The notes beneath the pieces are model-generated. The model saw nothing but the letters and a program-made list of their open reading frames with translations. It was not told where the DNA came from and did not search any database. From an uncultured bacterium (GTDB taxonomy: Bacteria; Vulcanimicrobiota; Vulcanimicrobiia; Vulcanimicrobiales; Vulcanimicrobiaceae), in assembly GCA_964546935.1 (NCBI GenBank), contig CAZJLJ010000001.1, positions 70,664-134,663 on the forward strand: a DNA stretch of 64,000 nt, given 5' to 3'. Position 1 is the first letter of the stretch. The number at the start of each line of letters is the position of its first letter. The translations under genes were made by a program, and so were the position numbers. Below are positions 17,465-26,406 of this stretch, piece after piece.

Positions 17465-20400
17465 TTACGGTTCCGATGCTCCCATATCTTCGCCTTGCAT
17501 GTGTTGATAGCCACGCCCATGCTGCGCTTCCATCCACGCTCCCTCCGGCTGGCCTAGCGGATCGCGCTCGGTCGGCGGGACGGGTAAATCGATCCGGTCG
17601 CGGCGATGCGCCGGGCGGCGTCCCTGGCGAATGTTACACGTCAGCGTCTTGGATTCGTGAATCGAGACGTTCGGATCGAGCGTGATGGGAATGACGGTTC
17701 CGACGCTGTCGCCGCGAGCAAGTGCCACCATGTTGCCGTAGTTATATGGAACGCCGATTTGATGCACGCGTTTCCCTTTGCCGATTCGCAGCGGGCGCAG
17801 CCGTCCGCTCACGAGTGCCCGCGCTTCCATCTCGCCGACGGCGGTTGAAATCGTAACCCAGTCGCCGTTCTTTATCCCTTTCTCGACGGCGAGTTCCGGA
17901 TTGATTTCCGCGAACGCCACAGGCTGTAACTCCGCAAGCCAAGGAACGTATCGCGTCATAATTCCCGACATCTCGGTGACGCGATACGTAGTTAGCACGT
18001 ACGGATACTTATCGTCGATGGGTTTGTTATACGGGTTGTCGCTACGGTGGTAGAGGCCCAGTGCGGGGTTACTTTGTTGCGAGTAAAATTCGTTTTTGAC
18101 AACGGACTGCAACGGTTCATAGTGAGCCGGTAACGGACCATCTTTCAAACCGCTCGCTACAAAAAGCGCGCCCTTTCCATCGACCATCATGATAAACGGG
18201 TCGGCTCCCGAATGCGCGTCCATCCCCTTTCCGTTTGGATCGGCGGGCGTATCCGGCGCTTTTGTCTTTATGAAATCCGGAACGTCAACTCCGGTCCACT
18301 CGCGCTTTTCCTCGTCCCACCAAACGTACTTCTTGCGCTCGCTCCACGGTTTTCCGTCGGGATCCGCCGATGCGCGATTATATAATGTGCGCCGGTTCGC
18401 GGGCCACGAGAACCCCCAGTTCGGCGCGGTGTATGGACCGCCCGGATCGCGACTTGCGGCGCGATTGGTGTGCTTGTCGGGACAGACGCCGGAGTATATC
18501 CAACCGCCACACGCCGTCGATCCGTCATCTTTTAGATCGCCGAACCCGGAGACTTGCTCGCCGTTTGCGGTGTAGTAGCCGTTGATTTCTTGCAGAACTT
18601 TCACCGCCGAGGGCTCGCCGAGCGCGCGCTCGTGCGGATCGTCGTGTTCGTAATCCCACGTCAGATCGAGAATCGGACGGTCTTTCGGATCGGTCGAACC
18701 CTTGTAGAGTTCCTTGAGCCGTTTTGCAAACCAGGTGAGATACCACGCGTCGCTCTTTGAATCGCCCTTTGGTTCGACGGCTTTATCGTGAAATTGCAAC
18801 AGGCGGCTCGTGTTCACCATCGTGCCGTCTTTTTCGAACATCGTAGCGGTGGGAAGAAAGAAAACCTCCGTTGCGATTTTCGAAGGATCCGCACCTTCGC
18901 GGCGCCAGAACGAAACGGTTTCGTTCTCGTAGCTATCGATGTTTACGAGCCAATCGAGCCGTTCCATTGCCGCGGAGACGAGCTCAGCATTCTGACCGGA
19001 TGCCGCCGGATTTTGACCGATGACGAAATAGCCTTTGACGGTACCGTCCTTCATGGCGAAGACAGTAGGCAGAGTCGAATGATCGCCGATCAGCTGCGGC
19101 AAGTATTCGAAGCAGTAATCATTCTCTGCCGTCGCAGCTTCGCCGTAGTACGCTTTTAGCAACGAAATAACGTACTTCGGCGTATTCACCCACCAGCCGG
19201 TCGCCTTGGTGTTTGTCTTCAAATATGCTTCAAGCGTCTGTTCGTCGCGTTGAACGGACGGCATCGGCAGATATCCGGGCATCAGATCGTAAAGCGTTGG
19301 AATATCGGTAGCCCCTTGGATATTCGCGTGTCCGCGCAACGCCATAATGCCGCCGCCGGGGCGGCCGATATTTCCAAGCAGCAGTTGAAGAATCGCGGCC
19401 GTTCGGATGAATTGCACGCCTGCGGTGTGCTGCGTCCATCCGAGGGCGTAGGCAAAGGCTGAAGTGCGCTCGCGTCCACTATTCTCTACGAGAAGCTGCG
19501 CGATGCGAAGGAACTGCTCTTTCGGCGTCCCACAAACTTCTTCAACCATCTCCGGCGTATAGCGGGCGTAATGTTTGCGAAGAATATTCAGCACGCAACG
19601 CGGGTGTTCGAACGTGGGGTCTTTTTTGATGTGTCCGTGTTCGTCTCGTTCGTACTGCCACGTTCCGGTGTCGTAAGTTCGCGAATCGGGATCGTACCCG
19701 GAAAATAAACCATCGAGATCTTCGGTGTCGCGGAACGATTCGTTCACGATATTGGCGGCATTGGTGTACGCGTAAACGTACTCTTTAAAGAAGCCGCCGT
19801 TGCTCAACACGAAATTGATGATGCCGCCGAGAAACGCGATATCGGTTCCACTCCGCAACGGCGCGTAAATGTCCGCCACAGCGGACGTGCGCGTAAAGCG
19901 CGGATCGACGTGAATGATCGTGGCGCCGCGTTCTTTCGCCTTCATTACGAAACGAAACGCGACCGGATGGTTCTCCGCGAAGTTAGAACCTTCGATCAGA
20001 ATGCAGTCGGCGTTCGCCAGGTCGGGAACCCAAACTGTTGCGCCGCCGCGCCCGAACGAGGTGCCCAGACCGGGCACCGTCGAGGAGTGTCATATTCGTG
20101 CTTGGTTTTCTATCGAAACGACGCCGGCGGAGCGCATCAGTTTCGTTAGCAGATAGTTCTCTTCAACCGCAAAAGTGGCGCCGCCAAGCGACGCAATTCC
20201 GAGCGTGTGGTTTACCCGTTGAGCTTGTCCTGAGCCTGTCGAAGCACGTTCGCGGACGAATGTTGCGTCGCGCGTTTCTTTGAAACGCTGTGCGATCCGT
20301 TCGAGCGCCCATTCCAACGGCCGGTCTTCGTACCGGTCCGAATAGGGCGCTCGATACTTTACGGTAGTCCAGCGTTGATCGTTTTCGGTGAAGCCGAAGA

Positions 20401-20638
20401 GCGCCGATCCTTTCGGGCAAAGATGGCCGCCGCTGATGGGGCTATCGGGGTTTCCCTCGATGTCCAACAGCTTTCCATCTTCACTTACGTACGCAAGCGT
20501 CGCACAGCCGACGGCGCAGTAAACGCACAGGCTGTGGACCGCTTTCGCACCCGCTATGCGCCCCTTCAGATGCTTTGTGCGTTCCGAGGCAACGTTCGGC
20601 AGCATGCCGATGCGTTCGGTAAGATCGATGCTCTCCAC
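17465..20638 (-). CDS. fdhA: formate dehydrogenase catalytic (alpha) subunit, FdnG-like molybdopterin enzyme, selenocysteine-containing (UGA at 20092..20090 read as Sec)
   Basis: The two track ORFs (20090..20638 and 17465..20077) are in the same frame and are separated only by a TGA. The joined 1057-aa product is collinear with FdnG (CVYCAVGC FeS motif, ENQARI-U-HSSTVPGLGTSFGRGGAT, VDPRFTRTSAVADIYAPLRSGTD, ALGWTQHT). GTG start with AAGGAG 6 nt upstream. Confidence 0.88.
20060..20092 (-). other. Sec-UGA codon plus SECIS-like hairpin
   Basis: On the mRNA, UGA (20092..20090) is followed by 11 nt and then GGUGCCC-GGUCU-GGGCACC (20078..20060). This is a perfect 7-bp stem with a GGUC-containing apical loop. 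Confidence 0.7.
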
Positions 20639-20647
20639 GACTTCTCC

Positions 20648-21988
20648 TTACGCGGTAGCTTGTTGCGGTAGTGCCGCCGGCTTCTTAACGAAGAACGGGA
20701 TAACTGCAGCGATCAGCAACATCACCGCAACCGGAACGAGCGCGCCGGAGTACGATCCCGTTACGTCGTGGACTTTCGCCGCGATGAACGGTCCCACGAG
20801 TCCGCCGACACCCCATGCAGTAAGAATATAACCGTAAATTTGTCCCAGGTACTTCGTTCCGAAGAAGTCGGCCGTAAATGACGGCATGACACCGAAGCCT
20901 CCGCCGTAGCAGAGCAATACGATGGCGAAGTAAATTCCGACTGCGACGAAGCCGCCGGTATGTGCCATCAGGAAGAACACGACCGCTTGGATCAAGTACA
21001 TCGTGGTATAGGTCAATGGACGGCCGATGCGGTCGGAAACGGTCCCCCAGAAGAAGCGTCCCAAACCGTTGAAGACGGCGAGGAAACCGTATACCTGGCC
21101 CGCCTGAGCAGGTGTCGCGCCCGTGAGTTCGGTGTAAATCGGTGCCGCATTCGAAATGATGAGGATCCCGGCCGTGACGTTCAGGAAAAGCAGAAGCCAC
21201 AATCCATAAAGCTGCGGCATAGACGCGGCTTCGGACGGCGTGAAGCCGGTGGTTTGCGTTGCGACGCTAGCCGGCACGCCCGCGACGGTGTAGTTGGGCG
21301 GCGGATTCTTCAACAGAAAGGCACATAGGCCGCCGATAATGATGAAGACGATTCCGGAGATCGTAAAGATCATGAGCGCGCCATGCAGCGCACCCGGAGG
21401 CAGTGCGTACTGTGTTGGGTCGAACACCGTTCCCGCCTTGATCGCTGCCGCTCTTGCAGCAACGTATGCTCCGGCAGCCTTTGCAGCCACATGGTAGGCG
21501 TCGAGGCGCGTCACGACTTGGTTGTAGACGAAAGCGCCGAGGCCGAACCCCATGACGACCATACCGCTCCCCAAACCGCGGCGATCCGGGAACCATTTGG
21601 TCACCATTGCTACGGGCGTAACATAAGCCATTCCGTTTCCGAAACCGCCGATGAGCCCGTACGTTAGGTAAAGCCACCATTTTCCAAGCGCTTCCGTGCC
21701 CAGTCCGGCGAGCATTACGCCTACGCCCCACAGCAGCACGCCCACGATAGTAACGGTGCGTGGCCCAACGCGATCTTGCCAGCGTCCGCCGAACACGGCG
21801 CCGATGCCTAAAAAGAAGATCGCTAGCTCAAAGGCGAGCGTAGCGTCTTGGGTGGACCACTTGAATCCGGCAACGAGCGTGTTCGTGAAAAGACTCCACG
21901 AATAGACCGTGCCAAGACACAGCATAACCACCACACCGGCGAGAGCAATTCCCCACCTGTTGCCGGTTGTCGCTGGAGTTGAAACCAT
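20648..21988 (-). CDS. MFS transporter, oxalate/formate antiporter (OFA) family
   Basis: 446 aa, 12 TM. The N-terminus NRWGIALAGVVVMLCLGTVYSWSLF is typical of OFA/OxlT-like MFS proteins. The stop lies 9 nt upstream of the fdhA start. Confidence 0.85.
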   Translation of the reverse strand: MVSTPATTGNRWGIALAGVVVMLCLGTVYSWSLFTNTLVAGFKWSTQDATLAFELAIFFLGIGAVFGGRWQDRVGPRTVTIVGVLLWGVGVMLAGLGTEALGKWWLYLTYGLIGGFGNGMAYVTPVAMVTKWFPDRRGLGSGMVVMGFGLGAFVYNQVVTRLDAYHVAAKAAGAYVAARAAAIKAGTVFDPTQYALPPGALHGALMIFTISGIVFIIIGGLCAFLLKNPPPNYTVAGVPASVATQTTGFTPSEAASMPQLYGLWLLLFLNVTAGILIISNAAPIYTELTGATPAQAGQVYGFLAVFNGLGRFFWGTVSDRIGRPLTYTTMYLIQAVVFFLMAHTGGFVAVGIYFAIVLLCYGGGFGVMPSFTADFFGTKYLGQIYGYILTAWGVGGLVGPFIAAKVHDVTGSYSGALVPVAVMLLIAAVIPFFVKKPAALPQQATA

Positions 21989-22087
21989 GTGTCGTTTCTC
22001 CTTAAATCCTTAGCGCAGCAAAAGTGTCCTTGGCCATCATTCTAGACTAAAACCAATGAAGCAGGTATGCGCTTGATTTACAAAGCT
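21989..22087 (-). promoter_or_regulatory. AT-rich promoter/leader region of the OFA-fdh operon
   Basis: This is the lowest-GC stretch of the window. AAGGAG lies 9 nt upstream of the ATG, and a candidate -10 TAGAAT sits at 22044..22039. I found no convincing -35. Confidence 0.3.
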
Positions 22088-22261
22088 TTAGGTTGGTTTT
22101 TCGTATGCACTCGCAATGAACGTGATTACTAGTATTGCGGAGACGGCTTCACCGCGAAACGCATGCAACACGCTGCCCGCGACGATCGCACATGCCACGC
22201 CGATCGGTGAAGCTATCGATCCGCCGGTTATGAAGTCGTAGATTTCACGCAGGACGCGCAT
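22088..22261 (-). CDS. possible 57-aa two-TM membrane peptide (below the ORF-track length cutoff)
   Basis: My manual translation is MRVLREIYDFITGGSIASPIGVACAIVAGSVLHAFRGEAVSAILVITFIASAYEKPT*. It overlaps the upstream gene by 17 nt in another frame. Confidence 0.3.
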   Translation of the reverse strand: MRVLREIYDFITGGSIASPIGVACAIVAGSVLHAFRGEAVSAILVITFIASAYEKPT

Positions 22262-22964
22262 CACGAACCTTCATCGTCGCAACCAGCATGGCGCTGACCG
22301 CGAGATACACCGCAATGAACAAAAAGAGCGTTGCGTCGCCGAACCACCATGCGATACCGAGTCCTTCGCCGGTCCAATAACTTCCGAGCGAAAGCAGCAT
22401 CAATCCGACGATGCCTTTCATTAGGTTTTCCGGAACGCGAGCGAACGGCGCGCGCAGCAGAAACGCTGCGATGGAAACTATAACGAGCGCTGCTATTGCA
22501 CCGCCGGTTGACCAGGCGACGAGTCCGGGCGTTGATGCGGCGAACGTAACGACTATAACCGCAACTTCCAATCCTTCAACGAAGACGCCCTGAAACGCGA
22601 CGAAGAATCCCTCGCGCGCGCCACGATGTTGAAGTGTTTCGACTTGCCGGCGGAAGATTTCGTCTTCGTCGTGCAACGCTTTGCGGCCGGCGAAACGCCA
22701 CACGGCTTTTCGCAACCAGTTAATGCCGAAAAGCACCAGGAACGGACCGACAACGATCTCGATGCGCTCCACCGTCGCGGCGCGCGATAGCAGCGGACCC
22801 AAGGCAGCTACTAACAGAACGAGCGCAGCGGTAGCGGCGAGCGTTCCGTTTACCGCCGAGCGCCAACCCTGCGTTATGCCGACTGCCAGAACGATGGTCG
22901 CGGCCTCCACGAACTCCACGGCGGACGCGAGAAAGGTCGTCCCCGCTAGGATCCAGGGCGTCAT
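22245..22964 (-). CDS. polytopic membrane protein with two internally repeated halves (GDT1/COG4280-like), function unknown
   Basis: 239 aa. The acidic-helix motifs VEFVEAATIVLAV and FVEGLEVAVIVV are repeated in the two halves. Confidence 0.6.
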   Translation of the reverse strand: MTPWILAGTTFLASAVEFVEAATIVLAVGITQGWRSAVNGTLAATAALVLLVAALGPLLSRAATVERIEIVVGPFLVLFGINWLRKAVWRFAGRKALHDEDEIFRRQVETLQHRGAREGFFVAFQGVFVEGLEVAVIVVTFAASTPGLVAWSTGGAIAALVIVSIAAFLLRAPFARVPENLMKGIVGLMLLSLGSYWTGEGLGIAWWFGDATLFLFIAVYLAVSAMLVATMKVRDARPA

Positions 22965-25177
22965 TGGTTATGCATACCCGCGGCGTGTTCGAGAATATCG
23001 TTGCCGATGCGCGGATCGACGGCATCGGCATCACGAGTGTCCATATGGTTGCTCAAAGAAGCACCATAAGCCGTTTGTACATTTCGTTCATTGACGTCGA
23101 TCGTAGGCGGCATCACTTGGAAGGGCCTTAGCTGCGCCCCAGGTTTGAACGCATCGTACATCGGTGGCGCAACGGCGTCGTAAATGCTCATCGCGGGAAG
23201 CCCGAGCAGCAATTCGATGGTGCGAACGACCGAAGTCGTAGAGTAATGTGCGTGATGTACACCGGGCGCCGCGTAGGGTGAAACGAGATAGAACGTGGTG
23301 CGCTGGTCATCAACGTGATCCGGCCCGTTCTGCGCGTCGTCTTCAATGGCGAAGATCGCCGTGTTCTTCCAGTAGGGCGAGTGCGAAACGATATCGACGA
23401 TGCGCCCGAAGGCATGATCGTTTTGTGCTACGAACGCGCGCGGCGTCAACGCGCCGGTTTTTGTGTAATTCGTGTGGTCGTTCGGCAGCCGGACGAATTC
23501 GAGCTGCGGCAGTGACTTGCTGCGAACGAAGTCGTTAAACTCGCGTTGCCACTCGTCGACGCGGGCTTCGTCGCTGACCGTGGTGTCAAAACCGCGATAT
23601 AGCGCATCGGTGTGATCTTTCAGACCCGGCAGCGTCGAAGTCTCGAATCCCGTGGCGGGCGGAATCGCGACGAACTCACCGTAGTTGCGATAGGTAATGC
23701 CGTGCCGCTTTGCGTTGTCCCAAAGGTACCCGTTTCGCGGAACGCTCGCAATGGCGCCGTCTTCGAAATCGTAGAGTTTGCGCCGTCCGCCGTAATTGGG
23801 CGGCCAAAAACGCTCGAGATAATCGTTCGCGAGTGCAGCGGTCGACCAGGTATGGCCGCTTGCGCTAACTTGCGCATCGGTGTACGTGTTGTCGAAAATG
23901 CCGAAGCGGTGCACGAGCGCATGCTGATTCGGCGTAACATTTTCTCCGAACCATGCCAATTTCGGATCGCCGTTGGCTCCCGGAACGTCGCCCAACACTT
24001 GGTCGTACGTACGATTCTCTTTGATGATGTAAATGACGTGTTTGATGGGGCCGCCGGCGCGCACTACCGTTTGCGGCGGCGTCGGCTCCGGAGAAGGAAC
24101 GTTTGCCAGCACTTGTTCTGTGCTATGCGCATTGAATTCAGCGCGCGGAATCGCCCGCACCGATCCGACTAGCAGCCGCGCAACGTAGGACGGATCTCTC
24201 TTAGCGTTTGCAAAATCAGGATTGGGATGCGAGCTTTCGCCTTTGCCGTTGATAATGTAGACGTTACTCGCGTCGACGGCGACGCCGCTCGGATACCAGC
24301 CCGCCGGAACGCGCGCCACGACCCGATTGTTACGAATTTCCGCAACTGCGTTTTCCGCGCCTAGAGAGACAAAAATCGTTCCGTCTTGCGCGACGGCTAG
24401 GCCGTTTGGCGAAGCACCCGGACCCTGTGGAAGTCCTACGTCGATACGATCCGTTACGCGTTCGGTCGCTGTGTCAACCACGTCGATTGTATCTGCGTCG
24501 GCACACGCAACGTATAGTTTGCTGCCGTCGCCCGAAAGCGCAAGCGCCGACGGATGAAGATCGACGGCAACTTCATGTGACTCTTCCGACGGCGATGCGA
24601 TCACCGAGAGCGTTGCAGCGCCACGATTCGCGATGAAAAGTTTGCTTCGATCGCTCGAAAATAAGACCGCACCTGGATGGAGTCCCGCCTTTACGGACTT
24701 CGCGTTGCTCGTTCCCATTGATGCGATCGACGCGGTATCGTCTTCATCGTTTGCAGTCGCGATCGTCGCGCCATTGAACGCAACGGCGTCGGGCCAATGA
24801 CCGGCGGGAATGGACGTGATCTTTTGCGTCGCCGTATCGACGTCCAGGATGCTATTGGAGGCAGCACCCGCCACGTAGACGCCGGTAGCGCTATGCCAAA
24901 CGGGCGCGCCGAAGGCGTCGTGGAGCGGAATCACGGTCGTCGTTTCGAGTGATGGAATGCGCATGATGCGCAGCGTAGCGGGCATATAGCCCGACTCTAC
25001 AACGGCGATCCTCGTCCCATCCAGGGAAGTGGCAATCCCTTGCGGCATCGTGCCGATCGTTGCAACCGTACCTTCCGGCGCGGATATGCGCCAACCCGAT
25101 GGTAGTACAGTTATCGTCGCCGATGCAGCACCCAGCATAACGATCACGCCAACAAGCAGAGCGAATCTACGCAACAC
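22961..25177 (-). CDS. secreted beta-propeller (YncE/YVTN-repeat) fused to a phosphoesterase (PLC/AcpA-family) domain
   Basis: 738 aa with a signal peptide. The N-terminal half has repeated propeller blades (SKLFIANRG, SKLYVACAD, GTIFVSLG). The C-terminal half has HVIYIIKENRTYDQVLGD, typical of the phosphoesterase family. Confidence 0.75.
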   Translation of the reverse strand: MLRRFALLVGVIVMLGAASATITVLPSGWRISAPEGTVATIGTMPQGIATSLDGTRIAVVESGYMPATLRIMRIPSLETTTVIPLHDAFGAPVWHSATGVYVAGAASNSILDVDTATQKITSIPAGHWPDAVAFNGATIATANDEDDTASIASMGTSNAKSVKAGLHPGAVLFSSDRSKLFIANRGAATLSVIASPSEESHEVAVDLHPSALALSGDGSKLYVACADADTIDVVDTATERVTDRIDVGLPQGPGASPNGLAVAQDGTIFVSLGAENAVAEIRNNRVVARVPAGWYPSGVAVDASNVYIINGKGESSHPNPDFANAKRDPSYVARLLVGSVRAIPRAEFNAHSTEQVLANVPSPEPTPPQTVVRAGGPIKHVIYIIKENRTYDQVLGDVPGANGDPKLAWFGENVTPNQHALVHRFGIFDNTYTDAQVSASGHTWSTAALANDYLERFWPPNYGGRRKLYDFEDGAIASVPRNGYLWDNAKRHGITYRNYGEFVAIPPATGFETSTLPGLKDHTDALYRGFDTTVSDEARVDEWQREFNDFVRSKSLPQLEFVRLPNDHTNYTKTGALTPRAFVAQNDHAFGRIVDIVSHSPYWKNTAIFAIEDDAQNGPDHVDDQRTTFYLVSPYAAPGVHHAHYSTTSVVRTIELLLGLPAMSIYDAVAPPMYDAFKPGAQLRPFQVMPPTIDVNERNVQTAYGASLSNHMDTRDADAVDPRIGNDILEHAAGMHNQ

Positions 25178-25189
25178 TAATTCCTTTGT

Positions 25190-26362
25190 CTAACGAAACA
25201 GAAGTTCTCCGATGAACGCCGCGGCTAGGACGACGGCCCACGCGGGAACTTTCAACACGTGCACTGCCAGAAACGCAGCACCGGCAAAGCATACATCAAG
25301 AACATTATGAACAGCTGATGTCCAAATCGGATTCACGAATGCGCCGGCGAGCAAACCGATGACGCCGGCATTTGCGCCGGCAAGCGCCGCGCGAAAACGC
25401 TCGTTCGTTGCCAAAGCGCGGTAGAAAGGCGCCACGCCCGCGAGCAAAGCAAACGACGGCGCAAAAATAGCAATGGTTCCGAGGATTGCGCCACATACGC
25501 CCAACGACCCGTTGTAGGCTGCGGCGCCGACGAACGACGCGATCGTAAATAGCGGTCCCGGCATTGCTTGCGCCGCCGCATAGCCTTCGAGAATTGCACG
25601 TGACGAGACGACGCCCGCTGCCGCCGCCTGCGTTTGGAGCAGAGGAAGCACAACGTGCCCGCCTCCGAAAACCAGACTGCCGACGCGGAAAAGCAGATCG
25701 AAGAGAACGATCGGATGCGCTTGCGTGACCCGCGCCGCCACTTCGAGCGTGACGAGCGTCAGAATGAAAAGAGCTAGGATAGCCGCGCCGGCGCGTCGCG
25801 AGATTCCGAGATCAAGCTTTGGTGCGGCCGCCGGGATTTGCCCGCGAAGTAAAAACGCTCCGGCAAGCGCCGAAGCGAGGATACCGATCGGCGCCGCGGC
25901 CGGCGAAGGCCAAAGCAAGACCAGGGCGAGGACGGCTAGGGCAATTGCTAACCGCTGCGCATCGGGAGCGAGGGAGTGGCGCATGGTAACGATTGCGCTC
26001 GCGACAACGCCGGTTGCCACCAGCAGCAAAGCGTGAAGCCAACCCGCGGTTACGAGCTGTGTGCCGGCCGCAAGAGCAATCGCGGTCATCGCAACGGCCG
26101 ACGGAAGCGTGAACCCGATCCACGCACAGAGCGCGCCGAGCGGACCGGCGGCGAGCCACCCGATTAGCATGCCGGTCTGCGAACTTCCCGGCCCGGGCAG
26201 TAGCTGCGTAAGCGCCACGCATTCGCCGAAAGTCGCATCTTCGAGCCAACGCCGGCGCTCTACGAACTCTGTCCGAAAGTAAGCCAAATGCGCAACCGGG
26301 CCGCCGAACGACGTACACCCAAGACGCAAGAAAGCAGCCAAAACCTCAAGCGGGCGCGCCAT
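25190..26362 (-). CDS. chrA: chromate transporter ChrA (two-CHR-domain long form)
   Basis: 390 aa from the ATG at 26362. FLRLGCTSFGGPVAHLAYF and LLPGPGSSQ appear in the first half, and FGGGHVVLPLL and AMPGPLF in the second. Confidence 0.85.
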   Translation of the reverse strand: MARPLEVLAAFLRLGCTSFGGPVAHLAYFRTEFVERRRWLEDATFGECVALTQLLPGPGSSQTGMLIGWLAAGPLGALCAWIGFTLPSAVAMTAIALAAGTQLVTAGWLHALLLVATGVVASAIVTMRHSLAPDAQRLAIALAVLALVLLWPSPAAAPIGILASALAGAFLLRGQIPAAAPKLDLGISRRAGAAILALFILTLVTLEVAARVTQAHPIVLFDLLFRVGSLVFGGGHVVLPLLQTQAAAAGVVSSRAILEGYAAAQAMPGPLFTIASFVGAAAYNGSLGVCGAILGTIAIFAPSFALLAGVAPFYRALATNERFRAALAGANAGVIGLLAGAFVNPIWTSAVHNVLDVCFAGAAFLAVHVLKVPAWAVVLAAAFIGELLFR

Positions 26363-26406
26363 TGGCCGGACAGGTGCGCCGTTGGGAAATCCGCAACCTT
26401 CGAACC

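Noticed and set aside
17590-17611. A twin-arginine-like HRRDRIDL in the FDH alpha C-terminal tail as a substitute Tat signal
   Set aside because: Tat signals are N-terminal and need a following hydrophobic region. This one is C-terminal and hydrophilic.
20077-20092. Interpreting the FDH alpha subunit as a pseudogene, or as two genes split by a stop
   Set aside because: There is a single in-frame TGA exactly at the conserved Sec position, followed by a SECIS-like hairpin. The downstream piece has no independent RBS.
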